Source of the DNA: Planctomycetota bacterium
GTDB taxonomy: Bacteria > Planctomycetota > MHYJ01 > JACPRB01
Assembly: GCA_035574235.1 (NCBI GenBank)
Contig: DATLZA010000156.1
Location: 17,998-81,997, forward strand
Length of the DNA: 64,000 nucleotides
Direction: 5' to 3'
Shown here: positions 17,249 through 28,011 of the stretch, piece by piece
Layout of the letters: each line of letters opens with the position of its first letter
How positions within the stretch are numbered: position 1 is the first letter of the stretch
The notes under the pieces: model-generated
What the model saw: the letters and a program-made list of their open reading frames with translations, nothing else
Told to the model about the DNA's origin: nothing
Database searches by the model: none
Program-made: the position numbers and the translations under genes

Positions 17249-18268
17249 CTACGGGTCGTTCTCGGCGGCGGGGGCGGAGAATCCCGTGGGGCGGGCTCCG
17301 GGCCCCTCCGGGGGGACCGGGGCGGGAGCGGAGCGCGCGTTTTCGCAGGCTTCGATCGTGGCCGAGGGGTCGTAGACGAAGCGATACTGCAGCGCGTCCA
17401 GCCAGTCGTAGACGGTCTCGAGCGAGACGAGAATTCCCAGATGCGGCACCGGCGTGGAGACCACGCCGTCGTAGGTGCAGACCATGACGGAGACGCCCAG
17501 AAGCTCGCGGGTTTCGCGGTGGAAGATGCCGCCGCCGGAATTCCCGAAGATCGTGGGGGCGTTCATCATCCAGAAATTCTCCCCGTTGACCTCCTTGGCG
17601 AGGGTGGCCACCTCGCCGAGGGTGGGCAGGGGATCGTGGCCCAGGGGGCAGCCGACGGCGTAGACGGGGGTGAAGACCTTGACGGCGCGGAGGGTTTCGC
17701 GGGAAGCCAGGCGGGCCACGTGCGGGAAGGAGCGTTCCGCGCGCAGGCGCAGGAGCGCCAGGTCGCGCCGCTCGTCGCAGGCCACGATGTCGGCGGGCAC
17801 CAGATCGGCCGGCCGGCCGCGATCGTCGTAGACGCGGACATCGACGGGCAGGCGACGTTCGCCGGACTCCTCGCGCCGGACGGCTTTCTGGACGACGTGG
17901 AAGGCCGTGATGGCGTAGGTCTGGCCCGGCCGGCTGAAAAGGAGGGTGCCGCCGCCCACGCCGCCCAGGGCGTTGACCTGGACGGAGGGAGCCAGGACGT
18001 CCCGGTAGAGCCGTTCGACGTCGCACGCGGCGAGGCGTTCCCGGAGGGCTTCGAAGTCCGCGCGGGTCCGCAGGACATCGCGGGCGAGGCGCTCGGAGCC
18101 GGCGCGGCTTTCGGCGGTAAGGCGCCGCATTTCCGCCTCCGCGCCTTCCAGGCGCGCGCGCAGGTCGTCCACTCCGCGGGCGAACTCTCCGACCACGGCG
18201 GTCAGGAGCGCCAGTAGGAACCCGCCTGCCAGGGTTGCGCCCGCCCATCTCATTGGCCCATCCTCCAT
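17249..18268 (-). CDS. membrane-anchored trypsin-like (S1/HtrA-core) serine protease without PDZ
   Basis: N-terminal TM WAGATLAGGFLLALLTAVVG, then a coiled coil (DDLRARLEGAEAEMRRLTAE), then a protease core with triad motifs AFHVVQK, RDLALLRL and TIFGNSGGGIF. Confidence 0.8.
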   Translation of the reverse strand: MEDGPMRWAGATLAGGFLLALLTAVVGEFARGVDDLRARLEGAEAEMRRLTAESRAGSERLARDVLRTRADFEALRERLAACDVERLYRDVLAPSVQVNALGGVGGGTLLFSRPGQTYAITAFHVVQKAVRREESGERRLPVDVRVYDDRGRPADLVPADIVACDERRDLALLRLRAERSFPHVARLASRETLRAVKVFTPVYAVGCPLGHDPLPTLGEVATLAKEVNGENFWMMNAPTIFGNSGGGIFHRETRELLGVSVMVCTYDGVVSTPVPHLGILVSLETVYDWLDALQYRFVYDPSATIEACENARSAPAPVPPEGPGARPTGFSAPAAENDP

Positions 18269-18383
18269 GGGGCTCGTGCGACAGCCTCCTTTGGGTCTTC
18301 GGCAAAGGGAGCCCGGAACTTGACTCTTAACAGCAACCCCTTGGGGGAAAGTGGGATATGTGGGTGCCCGGCGCGCCGTGAGC

Positions 18384-18411
18384 TTGCGTCCGGCGGGGGG
18401 GCCGGTATAAT
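18384..18411 (+). promoter_or_regulatory. sigma-70-like promoter of gyrA (TTGCGT-16-TATAAT), leaderless-type spacing
   Basis: TTGCGT at 18384-18389, TATAAT at 18406-18411, and the gyrA ATG at 18421 only 9 nt downstream of the -10. Confidence 0.4.
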
Positions 18412-18420
18412 GGGAGCCTC

Positions 18421-20982
18421 ATGCCTGAAGACCGAAAAGACCCTCAGCCTCCGGCGCCGGGCGGCACGATCGTGCCGGCCCTGGTCGAGGAGGAGATGAA
18501 GGATTCCTACCTCAACTACGCGATGAGCGTGATCGTCTCGCGCGCGCTGCCGGACGTGCGGGACGGCCTGAAGCCCTCGCAGCGGCGGATCCTGTACGCG
18601 ATGAACGAGCTGGGGCTGGGCCCGCGCGCCAAGTTCCGCAAATGCGCCACGATCGTCGGCGAGACGATGGGGAAATATCACCCGCACGGCGACGCGGCGA
18701 TCTATCCCACGCTCGTGCGTCTGGCGCAGGACTTCGCCACGCGGTATCTCCTCGTCCAGGGGCAGGGCAACTTCGGGACGATCGACGGCGACCCTCCGGC
18801 GGCCATGCGCTACACCGAGGCGCGCATGACCGAGTACGCCGTCCAGATGCTCGAGGACATCGACAAGGCCACGGTGGACTTCGTGCCGAACTTCGACGAG
18901 CGGTACGAGGAGCCGGTGGTCCTGCCCTCGAAGTTTCCGAACCTCCTGTGCAACGGCGCGGTCGGCATCGCCGTCGGCATGGCGACTTCGATTCCGCCGC
19001 ACAACCTGGCGGAGGTGTGCGACGCCCTGATTCACCTGATCGCCCATCCGGAAGCGCCGCTGGCCGACCTCGTCAAGTTCATTCCCGGCCCGGATTTTCC
19101 GACGGGCGGCATCGTCTGCGGCACGGCGGGGCTCCGGGAAGCCTACGAGACCGGTCGCGGGCACATCACCGTCCGGGGCCGGGTCTCGATCGAGGAGGCC
19201 CGCGGGGGCCGCAAGCTCATCGTCGTCACGGAGATCCCGTACAACGTCAACAAGACCAACCTCATCGAGCGGATCGCCGAGCTCGTCAAGAACGAGCAGA
19301 TTACGGGCATCAGCGACGTGCGCGACCTGTCCAGCCGGGAGGGGATGCGCATCGAGGTGGAGCTGCGCAAGGGCGAGGACGCCGAGGTCATCCTCAATCA
19401 GCTCTACGCGCTGACGCCGCTGCAGGAGACCTTTTCGATCATCATGATCGCGCTCGTCCACGGGCGGCCGCAGACGCTCTCGCTCAAGCAGATGCTTCTG
19501 GCGTACCTCGAGCACCGCAAGGACGTCATCCGGCGGCGCACGCGGTTCCTCCTGGAACAGGCCGAGCGCGAGGCGCACCTCCTCGAGGGGCTCGTCAAGG
19601 CGCTCGACGTGATCGACGAGGTCATCGCCCTGATCAAGCGCTCCGCCTCGCCGGAGGCGGCCCAGAAGGGCCTGGTCGAGGAATTCGGGTTCACCCCGCC
19701 GCAGGCCGAGGCGATCCTGCGGATGACGCTCTCCAAGCTCACCAATCTCGAGCGGGAAAAGCTCCTGCGCGACCTCGAGGAGCTGCGCGAGAAAATCGCC
19801 GAGTACAAGGCGATTCTCGCGGACGAAGCGCTCGTCTACGACATCATCCGCGAGGACCTTTACGAGCTGCGCAAGACGTCGGACCGCCGCCGCACCGAAA
19901 TCTCGCAAGAAGAGGTGGGCGCCTTCGACAAGGAGGAGCTGATCGCGGAAGAGGATGTCGTCGTGGTCCTCTCGCACCTGGGGTACATCAAGCGGGTTCC
20001 GATGACGAGCTACCGCAAGCAGCGCCGCGGCGGCAAGGGCCTGATCGGGGCCGACGTCAAGGAGAAGGACTTCATCGAGCGGATCTTCATCGCCTCGACG
20101 CACGACTACATCCTCTTCTTCACGCAGGACGGGAGGGTCCGCTGGCAGAAGGTCTACGACCTGCCGGCGCTGGAACGGACGGCGCGGGGGAAGCCCCTTT
20201 CGGCGATCCTGGGGCTCAAGGAAGGGGAGCGGGTGGCCGCCACCGTCGCGGTCCAGAGCTTCGAGAAGGGCTACCTCGTGATGGCCACGGAGCGGGGCCT
20301 CGTCAAAAAGACGGAGCTTGCCGAATACGGCAACCCGCGCCCCAGCGGCATCATCGCCATCAAGCTCGAGGAAGGCGACCGCCTCATCGGCGCGGCGGTG
20401 ACGTCCGGGGAGAACGAGGTGATGCTCGGCACGGCCGAGGGGATGGCGATCCGGTTCCACGAGAAGGACCTGCGGCCGATGGGCCGGGCCACGATCGGCG
20501 TCTACGGGATCGACCTCGAGCCCGGCGACCGCGTGGTGGACATGGTGATTCCGAAACCGGGCGAATCGATCCTGACCGCGTGCGAGAACGGCTACGGCAA
20601 GCGTTCGGCGCTGGAGGACTACCGTCTCCAGTCCCGGGGCGGCAAGGGCGTCATCAACATCCGCACCACGGAGCGCAACGGGCGCGTCGTGGGAATGAAG
20701 GCCGTCACCGACGACGACGACCTCATCATGATCTCCCAGAACGGGATCGTCGTGCGGATCGCCGTGCGGGACATCCGGATCATGGGCCGCGCCACGCAGG
20801 GGGTGCGGTTCCTGCGCCTGGAGCCGGGCGACAAGCTCGTCTCGATCGCCCGCGTGGCCAAGGAAGAGGAGGGCGAGGAATCGCCCATCGCGCGCGTCGA
20901 GGTTCCCCCGCCCGAGGAAAACGGAGGCGGCGAGTCCGCCGAGGAGCCGCCCGCGGGGTCGGCCCCCGGGGCGCCCGCGTGA
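18421..20982 (+). CDS. gyrA: DNA gyrase subunit A
   Basis: N-terminal [37 protein letters not shown] with active-site Tyr region [10 protein letters not shown]-terminal beta-pinwheel repeats. 853 aa. Confidence 0.95.
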   Translation: MPEDRKDPQPPAPGGTIVPALVEEEMKDSYLNYAMSVIVSRALPDVRDGLKPSQRRILYAMNELGLGPRAKFRKCATIVGETMGKYHPHGDAAIYPTLVRLAQDFATRYLLVQGQGNFGTIDGDPPAAMRYTEARMTEYAVQMLEDIDKATVDFVPNFDERYEEPVVLPSKFPNLLCNGAVGIAVGMATSIPPHNLAEVCDALIHLIAHPEAPLADLVKFIPGPDFPTGGIVCGTAGLREAYETGRGHITVRGRVSIEEARGGRKLIVVTEIPYNVNKTNLIERIAELVKNEQITGISDVRDLSSREGMRIEVELRKGEDAEVILNQLYALTPLQETFSIIMIALVHGRPQTLSLKQMLLAYLEHRKDVIRRRTRFLLEQAEREAHLLEGLVKALDVIDEVIALIKRSASPEAAQKGLVEEFGFTPPQAEAILRMTLSKLTNLEREKLLRDLEELREKIAEYKAILADEALVYDIIREDLYELRKTSDRRRTEISQEEVGAFDKEELIAEEDVVVVLSHLGYIKRVPMTSYRKQRRGGKGLIGADVKEKDFIERIFIASTHDYILFFTQDGRVRWQKVYDLPALERTARGKPLSAILGLKEGERVAATVAVQSFEKGYLVMATERGLVKKTELAEYGNPRPSGIIAIKLEEGDRLIGAAVTSGENEVMLGTAEGMAIRFHEKDLRPMGRATIGVYGIDLEPGDRVVDMVIPKPGESILTACENGYGKRSALEDYRLQSRGGKGVINIRTTERNGRVVGMKAVTDDDDLIMISQNGIVVRIAVRDIRIMGRATQGVRFLRLEPGDKLVSIARVAKEEEGEESPIARVEVPPPEENGGGESAEEPPAGSAPGAPA

Positions 20983-21044
20983 ATCGCCGGAGGGGGCGGT
21001 TGGGTTCGGAAGATGGGTCGGGAGTTCCGTCAGGGAGGTGAGGC

Positions 21045-21206
21045 ATGGGCGAAGAGAAGAAAAAGAAGGGCGGCCTGCTCAAGAAGGTGGTGACGGTTCT
21101 GATCCTGGCGGCCGCCGTGGTCGGGGGAAGCGCCGTTCTGGCCAAAGCCACCGACAATCCGGGGCTGAACCTCTGGACCCGGATCGTCGGCGCCGTGCAG
21201 CGCTGA
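21045..21206 (+). CDS. small (53 aa) membrane protein, not in the ORF track (below length cut-off)
   Basis: RBS cagggaggtgagg precedes the ATG. Translation MGEEKKKKGGLLKKVVTVLILAAAVVGGSAVLAKATDNPGLNLWTRIVGAVQR has a Lys-rich N-terminus and one TM helix. TGA stop at 21204-21206. Confidence 0.4.
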   Translation: MGEEKKKKGGLLKKVVTVLILAAAVVGGSAVLAKATDNPGLNLWTRIVGAVQR

Positions 21207-21270
21207 GGGCCCCCGGGCGCCGCCGCGAAGGGGCTTCCGCGGCGTCCCCGTTTGTGTTTCAATCCGGGGC

Positions 21271-22545
21271 ATGACGTCCGGCCCGGAGCTGGCGGAGCGG
21301 CTGCGCTGGTTCGTCCGCCTGAGGTGGTGGGCGGTCGGCGGGATCGTCCTGGCGGCCGTCCTTGTGGCCGCGCTGGGAATGGGGGTCTCGTGGCCCATCC
21401 TGCTGGCCTTGGCCGGCCTTCTCGGGGGGCTCAACGTCGCCTTCGGGCTGCTCGCGCGCCGCGGCGCGCCGCCCCTGGCCCTGGCCTGGTGGCAGGTGGT
21501 GGTGGATCTGGCGATCCTCACCCTGGCCCTCCACGTGGCCGGCGGCATCGACAACCCTTTCGTCTTCTTCTACGTCTTCCACGTCATCATCGCCGCCATC
21601 CTCCTGCCCCGGCGCACGTCGTACGTCGTGGCGGCGCTGGCCTCGCTGTTCTATGTCGCCATGGCGGTTCTGGAGCACGGGGAACTCGTGCCCCACGCGG
21701 ATCTGGGGCTGGGCGGCTGGCGCGATCCCCGCGCGGTGGCCGCCTCGTCGCTCGTCCTGGCCTCGACGCTCTTCATCGCCACGTATCTCGCCTCGACCAT
21801 CATGGAGGGCCTGCGCCGCAAGGACGAGGAGATGCGCCGCTTCCACGAACGGCTGCTTCAGACCGAAAAGCTCGCCGGGCTGGGGCAGCTCGCCGCCGGA
21901 ATCGCCCACGAGCTCAACACGCCGCTCGCCTCGATCGCCGGCTACGCCGAGGAGCTGGCGGAGCTTTCGCGCGGCAACGGAGAGAAGATCGTCCGGTACA
22001 CCGACGTCATCCGGTCGCAGACCGAACGCTGCCGCGCCATCACGCGGAGCCTTCTCAACTTCGCCCGCAAGAGCGAGTTCCGCCTCCAGCCCGTGGACGT
22101 CAATGCCCTTCTTCGCGAGGCGATCGACTATCTGCGGTTCAAGAAGCGCCAGGAGCGCCTGGAGATCGTGACGGAGCTGGGACCGGCGCCTCCGGTGCAG
22201 GCGGACCCCGGCCAGCTTCTGCAGGTTTTTCTTTCGGTCCTCGTCAACGCGGCCGACGCCGTGGAGCCGGAGGGCGGCACGATCCGGGTGGAAAGCTCCG
22301 GCGGCCGGGACGTGCGCGTCCGGATCGCCGACACCGGCTGCGGCATCCCGCCGGAGAATCTCAAGAAGATCTTCGAGCCCTTCTTCACGACCAAGGGACC
22401 GGGCCAGGGGACCGGCCTGGGGCTTTCCCTGAGCTACGGGATCGTCCGCCAGCTCGGCGGCTCGATCGAGGTGCGCAGCGAGGTGGGGCAGGGGACCGAG
22501 GTGCTGATCGTGCTGCCGGCGGGCGAGCCGGCGCGGGAGCGCTGA
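21271..22545 (+). CDS. sensor histidine kinase (polytopic membrane sensor + HisKA + HATPase_c)
   Basis: Five or six TM helices. H-box [22 protein letters not shown]1 and G2 boxes present ([36 protein letters not shown]). Confidence 0.85.
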   Translation: MTSGPELAERLRWFVRLRWWAVGGIVLAAVLVAALGMGVSWPILLALAGLLGGLNVAFGLLARRGAPPLALAWWQVVVDLAILTLALHVAGGIDNPFVFFYVFHVIIAAILLPRRTSYVVAALASLFYVAMAVLEHGELVPHADLGLGGWRDPRAVAASSLVLASTLFIATYLASTIMEGLRRKDEEMRRFHERLLQTEKLAGLGQLAAGIAHELNTPLASIAGYAEELAELSRGNGEKIVRYTDVIRSQTERCRAITRSLLNFARKSEFRLQPVDVNALLREAIDYLRFKKRQERLEIVTELGPAPPVQADPGQLLQVFLSVLVNAADAVEPEGGTIRVESSGGRDVRVRIADTGCGIPPENLKKIFEPFFTTKGPGQGTGLGLSLSYGIVRQLGGSIEVRSEVGQGTEVLIVLPAGEPARER

Positions 22546-22551
22546 AGAGCC

Positions 22552-23868
22552 ATGGACAAGCCGGCCGTTCTCGTGGTCGACGACGACGAGAGCTTCCGCC
22601 AGCTCGTGGCCGACCGTCTGGCGCGGACGGGCCACCGCGTGGTGGCCGCGGCCGGGGGCGCCCAGGCGCTGTCGCTCCTGGACGGCGTGGACGTGGCGCT
22701 CGTGGACCTGCTCATGCCCGGGATGGACGGCCTGGCGCTTCTGCGGCGCATCCGCGAGGCGCGCCCCGACGTGGCCGTGGTGATCCTGACGGGGCACGGG
22801 ACGGTCGAGACCGCCGTCGAGGCCATGAAGGCCGGGGCGGCGGATTATCTTCAGAAGCCCTGCTCGCTGGCGGAGGTGGAGCTCCGGGTCGCGCAGGCCG
22901 TGCAGCGGCGGCGTCTCGAGCGCGAGAACGTCCAGCTCCGCGCGACCTTGCGTCACGAGCGGGGGGCGGCGGAGATCGTCGGGACGAGCCCGGCCATGCG
23001 GCGCGTCATGGAGCTGATCCGAAAGGTGAAGGACAGCGCCTCGCCCGTCCTCATCCAGGGCGAAAGCGGCACCGGCAAGGAGCTCGTCGCGCGGGCTCTG
23101 CATTTCGACAGCGTCCGGCGCGATTTCCCCTTCGTGGCGGTCAACTGCGCCACGCTGCAGGAGAACCTCCTGGAAAGCGAGCTTTTCGGCCACCGGGCGG
23201 GCGCGTTCACGGGGGCCGCCGCCGACAAGCGGGGCCTCCTCGAGATCGCCGACCGCGGAACCCTGTTCGTCGACGAAATCGCCGAGACCCATCCCAACGT
23301 GCAGGCCAAGCTGCTGCGCGTCCTCGAGACGGGCGAGTTTCGCCCCGTGGGCGACGTGCGCGAGCGCAAGGCGGACGTGCGGCTGGTGGCGGCCACGAAC
23401 AAGGATCTGCGGGCCGAGGTCGCCCGCGGCCGCTTCCGCGAGGATCTTTTCTACCGGCTCGACGTCGTCACGATTCTTCTGCCGCCCCTGCGGGAGCGCA
23501 AGGAGGACATTCCGCTCCTGGCGCGGCACTACCTCCTGCGGCGGGGCCGGACGATCTCGGACGGGGCGGTCGCCGCCCTCCTGGCCCACGACTGGCCGGG
23601 CAACGTCCGGGAGCTTTTCAACGTCCTGGAGCGCGCCGTCCTCTTCGACCCGTCCGGAAGGATCGAGTCCGTGGAGATCCCCTCCGCCGCCGCCCGCCCC
23701 GCGCCTCGCGGCGGCACGCTCGAGGAGATCGAGATCGCCCACATCCGCCGGGTGCTCGAGAGCGTCCAGTGGAACGTCTCGCGCGCGGCCGAGATCCTGG
23801 GGATGTCCCGCCGGAGCCTCCACCGCAAGATCAACCAGTACAACCTGCACCGCCACGGCGGAGCGTGA
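22552..23868 (+). CDS. sigma-54-dependent response regulator (NtrC family: REC + AAA+ + HTH)
   Basis: Receiver domain with DVALVDLLMPGMDG. Walker A GESGTGKE, GAFTGA motif, ESELFGH. C-terminal Fis-type HTH (LGMSRRSLHRKI). Confidence 0.9.
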   Translation: MDKPAVLVVDDDESFRQLVADRLARTGHRVVAAAGGAQALSLLDGVDVALVDLLMPGMDGLALLRRIREARPDVAVVILTGHGTVETAVEAMKAGAADYLQKPCSLAEVELRVAQAVQRRRLERENVQLRATLRHERGAAEIVGTSPAMRRVMELIRKVKDSASPVLIQGESGTGKELVARALHFDSVRRDFPFVAVNCATLQENLLESELFGHRAGAFTGAAADKRGLLEIADRGTLFVDEIAETHPNVQAKLLRVLETGEFRPVGDVRERKADVRLVAATNKDLRAEVARGRFREDLFYRLDVVTILLPPLRERKEDIPLLARHYLLRRGRTISDGAVAALLAHDWPGNVRELFNVLERAVLFDPSGRIESVEIPSAAARPAPRGGTLEEIEIAHIRRVLESVQWNVSRAAEILGMSRRSLHRKINQYNLHRHGGA

Positions 23869-23940
23869 TCGTCGGGGTTGCCGCCCCCCGGCGGCTTTTC
23901 CTATCATCATCGCGTGCATCGACGCAGGGAGGGACCTTCC

Positions 23941-24918
23941 ATGGCACGCCGGCTGATTCCGCTGCTCTGGCCGCTTCTGACGGGCTGCTTCATCTTCACG
24001 AGCGTGGACGTCAACCTCGCGCCGCGCCTGCGCCGCTACGTGGAGCGCACGGTGTCGGAGGCGCCGGACGCGGAAGGCAAGATCGCCCTCATCGAAATCG
24101 AGGGGGTCATCGCGGACGAGGCGGAGGCGGGCCTCCTTCAGGCGAGGGACTCCCTTCTCGTCTCCGTGGTCGAGAAGCTCAGGAAGGCGGAGGAGGATCC
24201 GGAAGTGAAGGCGGTGGTCCTGCGCGTGGACAGCCCCGGCGGCGGGGTCACCGCGAGCGACATCCTCCACCGGGAGATCCGCGAGTTCAAGGCGCGCAAG
24301 AAGGTGCCCGTCGTGGCGATGCTCATGGATCTGGCCGCCTCGGGCGGGTACTACGTGGCGGTGGCGGGCGACCGCATCGTGGCCCATCCCACCACCGTCA
24401 CGGGCTCCATCGGCGTCGTCGCGCTGCACGTGTCGCTGGCGGGACTGCTCGAGAAAATCGGCGTCCGCGTGGAAACGCTCAAGAGCGGGCCGCTCAAGGA
24501 CATGGTTTCGCCCTTCCGGGGGCTGGGAGACGAAGAGCGGCGCGTGCTGCAGCGGCTCATCGACCAGATGCACGAGCGGTTTGTGGCCGTCGTGACCGAA
24601 GGCCGCAAGGGGCTCCTCACCGAGGCGGAGGTCCGTCGGGTGGCCGACGGGCGGATCCTGAGCGCGCCCCAGGCGATGGAAGCGCGGCTCGTGGATCGCG
24701 TGGGCTATCTCGAGCAGGCGCTCGAGGAGGCGCGCGGGATGGCCGGGATCCGCGCCGCCCGGGTCGTCATGTACAGCCGCGATCCGCAGGCCGCGGAGAA
24801 CGTTTACTCGCAGCCCCGGGCGCACGCGGAACCGGCCTTCGGAAGCCTGGAATGGGCCCGCGGATTCCTCGGCGTGCGGCTCTATTATCTCTGGGAGCCG
24901 TATCTTCTGGGACGCTGA
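23941..24918 (+). CDS. sppA: signal peptide peptidase SppA (36K type, S49 family)
   Basis: S49 core KAVVLRVDSPGGGVTASD…AMLMDLAASGGYYVAVAGDRIVAHPTTVTGSIGV, including the Ser-Lys dyad region. Start MARRLIPLLWPLLTGC. Confidence 0.85.
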   Translation: MARRLIPLLWPLLTGCFIFTSVDVNLAPRLRRYVERTVSEAPDAEGKIALIEIEGVIADEAEAGLLQARDSLLVSVVEKLRKAEEDPEVKAVVLRVDSPGGGVTASDILHREIREFKARKKVPVVAMLMDLAASGGYYVAVAGDRIVAHPTTVTGSIGVVALHVSLAGLLEKIGVRVETLKSGPLKDMVSPFRGLGDEERRVLQRLIDQMHERFVAVVTEGRKGLLTEAEVRRVADGRILSAPQAMEARLVDRVGYLEQALEEARGMAGIRAARVVMYSRDPQAAENVYSQPRAHAEPAFGSLEWARGFLGVRLYYLWEPYLLGR

Positions 24919-24998
24919 GGCCGGAGGTCCTTCCCCGGCGGCGGTCCTGGACTATACTTTCACGGGGCTGCGGGGCGCAGGGCGAGAGGGGGGAACGC

Positions 24999-25457
24999 AT
25001 GAGCTTCTTGGACCGTCTGCGGGGCGGGTCGGGATCGGCCCGCGCCGGACTGAATCCCATCGTTCAGAAGGTTCCGCTGCCGGCGGCGCCGCCGCGTCCC
25101 TCGCAGGCGCGTCCCGCGGCCAGGCCCGCCCCGCCGGCGGCTGTTTCTCCGCCCGTGCGGGACGCGGCGCCGGAGACGTCGGGTTCGCCTCCCCCGCCGC
25201 CTTCCGAAGCCCTTTCTCATTTCCGCCGCGGGCTTCTGTACCAGGCGGCCGGCGATCATGCGCGGGCGGTCGAGGAATTCAATCGGGCTCTTGCGCAGGA
25301 TCCGGCGGCCGCCGAAGCGTACGCGAGCCGGGGCATCTCGCGCGAGTTTCTCGGCGACCTGGCCGGAGCGCGGGCGGATTATGCGCGGTCGATCGAATTG
25401 GAAGTGAAGGCGGAGATTCGACGCCAAGCCCGAGCGGTCGAAGACGTCCCTCCCTGA
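24999..25457 (+). CDS. TPR-like repeat protein with Pro/Ala-rich N-terminus
   Basis: RBS gagaggggggaa precedes the ATG. C-terminal half fits two TPR units (FRRGLLYQAAGDHARAVEEFNRALAQDP…AEAYASRGISREFLGDLAGARADYARSIEL). Confidence 0.55.
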   Translation: MSFLDRLRGGSGSARAGLNPIVQKVPLPAAPPRPSQARPAARPAPPAAVSPPVRDAAPETSGSPPPPPSEALSHFRRGLLYQAAGDHARAVEEFNRALAQDPAAAEAYASRGISREFLGDLAGARADYARSIELEVKAEIRRQARAVEDVPP

Positions 25458-25624
25458 TCGAGTGAGACATTCTGGCGCACTCCGCGTCCGAATGACCCCT
25501 CGATGCCCCCGGCCACGTCCGCTTTTCTTTCGGCACGTCCTTTGCTCCTTCCGTCCGGCGTTTTCCTTGACCCCCTCCGGGGGGCTCTCTATAGTAGCGG
25601 GCGCTTCACGCCCGAGAGGACGGC

Positions 25625-26554
25625 TTGACCGACGATCGCGAGCTCCGCCAGAAGATCGCCGCCGAGGCGCAGACCGGGTCGGCCTTGGATGCGGGCCCGG
25701 GCGTGCGGGCCTTTCAGTTTTTCCTCGTGCCTCTCCTGATCGTCGCGGTTTGCGTGGGGGTGGTGGCGGGGATGACCTACCTCGTGTCGAACCCGCGTCC
25801 GGCGGCGGAATGGCTCAAGGACATCCGGGACGGGGGACCCAACACGCGCCCGCATGCGGCCCTTCAGCTGGCGCAGGCGCTGAGGCGGATGAAGGAGCCG
25901 GATCCGTCGCTGACGCCCGGAATCATCGAGGTCTATCGTTCCAGTCGTCCGGACGAGACGGAGCTTCGGCGCTATCTGGTGAACTGTCTGGGGACGCTCC
26001 GGGATCCGAAGGCGTCCCCTTTCCTGTTGGAGCGGGTCCGGGAGGAGAAGGATCTCGAGCTGCGGGCGGCATGTCTGGACGCGCTCGGGGCGGTCAAGGA
26101 TCCCGAGACGCTGCCGGAACTCGTCAAATTGCTTGACGATCCGGACGGCGTCGTTAGAAAATACGCCGCCTTCAACGCGGGCGCCGTGGCGGAGCGCGCG
26201 CCGGATCGGTCCGGCGCCGTCGAAGCGCTGCGCCGGAAACTTTCGGACCCGCGGCCGGACGTGGGCTGGAACGCGGCGCTGGCGCTGGCTTACTTCCTGG
26301 AAGACGGCTCGGGGACGGACACCTTGAAGAAGATGCTCGACCGGGCGTATCTCCGGGAGACGATCGACCCGAAGGATCCGAACGCGGAGATTCTGGCGGC
26401 GCGGGTCCTGGTCGGAGCCTGCAACGCGGCCGCGCGCCTTCGGGACGCGAGCTTCCTGCCGCTTCTGCGCCGGCTGGCGGACGACCGCCGGGAGCCGGAT
26501 CCCGACGTGCGGTTTATCGCCCATCAGGCGATCCAAAAGATCGAATCGAGGTGA
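25625..26554 (+). CDS. membrane-anchored HEAT/PBS-lyase-like repeat protein
   Basis: TTG start per the track. One TM (FQFFLVPLLIVAVCVGVVAGM). Repeated units of the form LxxLxDPDxxVRxxAAxALG (LGTLRDPKA…, LGAVKDPET…, LLDDPDGVVRKYAA…, LSDPRPDVGWNAALAL). The gene ends 8 nt before the Rieske gene. Confidence 0.65.
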   Translation: MTDDRELRQKIAAEAQTGSALDAGPGVRAFQFFLVPLLIVAVCVGVVAGMTYLVSNPRPAAEWLKDIRDGGPNTRPHAALQLAQALRRMKEPDPSLTPGIIEVYRSSRPDETELRRYLVNCLGTLRDPKASPFLLERVREEKDLELRAACLDALGAVKDPETLPELVKLLDDPDGVVRKYAAFNAGAVAERAPDRSGAVEALRRKLSDPRPDVGWNAALALAYFLEDGSGTDTLKKMLDRAYLRETIDPKDPNAEILAARVLVGACNAAARLRDASFLPLLRRLADDRREPDPDVRFIAHQAIQKIESR

Positions 26555-26561
26555 GCGCGCG

Positions 26562-27173
26562 ATGGCCGAGGAACAGTTCACGGGCGATCAGGTGAAGGAT
26601 CTTCGCCGCAAGGTCCCGGAGCCCTACAGCCTCGTGGCGGACTATCCGCCCAAGATCACGCGGCGGAGTTTTTTCATGTCGTGGGCGGGGGCGGCCTGGA
26701 CCGCCTTCGGCGCCGCGTCGGGCGTGGGGACGCTGGCGATGCTGCGGTACATGATGCCGAACGTTCTTTTCGAGCCGCCGCAGGTCTTCAAGGCAGGCAA
26801 GCCCGAGGACTACGAGTGGGACAAGCCGGATGAGCGCTTCAAGCAGGACAAGAAGACCTGGATCGTGAAGCTCTCGAAGGACTATAACGGCCGCCAGAAG
26901 GTGCTCGTGGCGCTGGACACCACCTGCACCCACCTGGGCTGCACGCCGAACGTGCTTTTCAGCGAAAGCAAGATCAAGTGCCCCTGCCACGGCTCGGGCT
27001 TCCGGTTCACGGGCATCAATTTCGAAGGGCCGGCGCCGCGTCCCCTGGAGCGGTACGCCGTTTCGATCGATCCGATCGACGGACAGATCGTCGTGGACAA
27101 GAACCGGAAGTTCCAGCAGGAAAAGGGGCAGTGGGAGGACAAGGCTTCCTTCATCGATCTTTCCACGGCATAG
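26562..27173 (+). CDS. Rieske [2Fe-2S] iron-sulfur subunit of a cytochrome bc-type complex
   Basis: Tat-type signal [12 protein letters not shown]. Rieske boxes CTHLGC and CPCHGS. Confidence 0.9.
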   Translation: MAEEQFTGDQVKDLRRKVPEPYSLVADYPPKITRRSFFMSWAGAAWTAFGAASGVGTLAMLRYMMPNVLFEPPQVFKAGKPEDYEWDKPDERFKQDKKTWIVKLSKDYNGRQKVLVALDTTCTHLGCTPNVLFSESKIKCPCHGSGFRFTGINFEGPAPRPLERYAVSIDPIDGQIVVDKNRKFQQEKGQWEDKASFIDLSTA

Positions 27174-27177
27174 CGGC

Positions 27178-27972
27178 ATGGCGAAGAAGGGCGACGTCGG
27201 GCGAATCTGGGATTACATCGTCAACACGCAGGTGTGGCGCTCCATCATGCGCCACGGCTACCCGGACACCCCCCGGAACCGTTCGCTGGCGATCATGTCG
27301 AACGTGTTCCTGCATCTGCACCCCATCCGGCTGCGCAAGAGCGGCCTGCGGGTGCGGTACACGTGGTGCATGGGAGGGCTGACCTTTTTCCTCTTCCTCG
27401 TCGAGACGATCACCGGGCTGCTCCTGATGTTCTACTACCGCCCCACGGCGGAATACGCCTACCACGACATCGTGTACCTGCGGGCGGACGTGGCGCTGGG
27501 GACGATGCGCGAGATTCACCGGTGGGGCGCGCACGCGATGGTGATCACGATCTGGCTGCACATGATGCGTGTGTTTCTCACCGGCGCCTACAAGCCGCCC
27601 CGGGAGTTCAACTGGGGCGTGGGGGTGGTGCTTCTGGTGATCACGCTGCTGCTTTCGTTCACCGGATACCTCCTCCCGTGGGACCAGCTGGCCATGTGGG
27701 CGATTACGGTGGGGACGAACATGGCGCGGGCGACCCCGCTTCTGGGCCATGAGGGTCCGGGCGCCGCGCTCATCAAGGTCGGCGACATCGGCGTGGTGCA
27801 CATGGCCAGCGACGTCCGGTTCGGCCTTCTGGCCGGACGGTTCGTGGGACCGCCGGCGATCCTGCGGTTCTACGTGCTGCACTGCGTGGGGTTCCCGCTG
27901 ATCGCGGCGTTCTTGATCGCGGTTCACTTCTGGCGGGTGCGCAAGGACGGCGGCATCTCGGGCCCGCTGTAG
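27178..27972 (+). CDS. cytochrome b, N-terminal half (b6-like, split cytochrome b)
   Basis: Four heme-ligand histidines in two H-x13-H pairs ([17 protein letters not shown]; [19 protein letters not shown]). 264 aa. Confidence 0.9.
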   Translation: MAKKGDVGRIWDYIVNTQVWRSIMRHGYPDTPRNRSLAIMSNVFLHLHPIRLRKSGLRVRYTWCMGGLTFFLFLVETITGLLLMFYYRPTAEYAYHDIVYLRADVALGTMREIHRWGAHAMVITIWLHMMRVFLTGAYKPPREFNWGVGVVLLVITLLLSFTGYLLPWDQLAMWAITVGTNMARATPLLGHEGPGAALIKVGDIGVVHMASDVRFGLLAGRFVGPPAILRFYVLHCVGFPLIAAFLIAVHFWRVRKDGGISGPL

Positions 27973-28011
27973 GGCGGGCTTTTTTCGGGGGAGCCGAGGG
28001 GACGGCGAACG

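Noticed and set aside
21252-25457. 1401-aa plus-strand ORF spanning the histidine kinase, response regulator, sppA and TPR genes
   Set aside because: It lies in a different frame from four well-supported genes. The translation is Arg/Gly/Pro/Ala-rich with no motifs. This is a typical GC-rich open-frame artefact. Only its last 152 codons (24999-25457) are kept, as the TPR protein.
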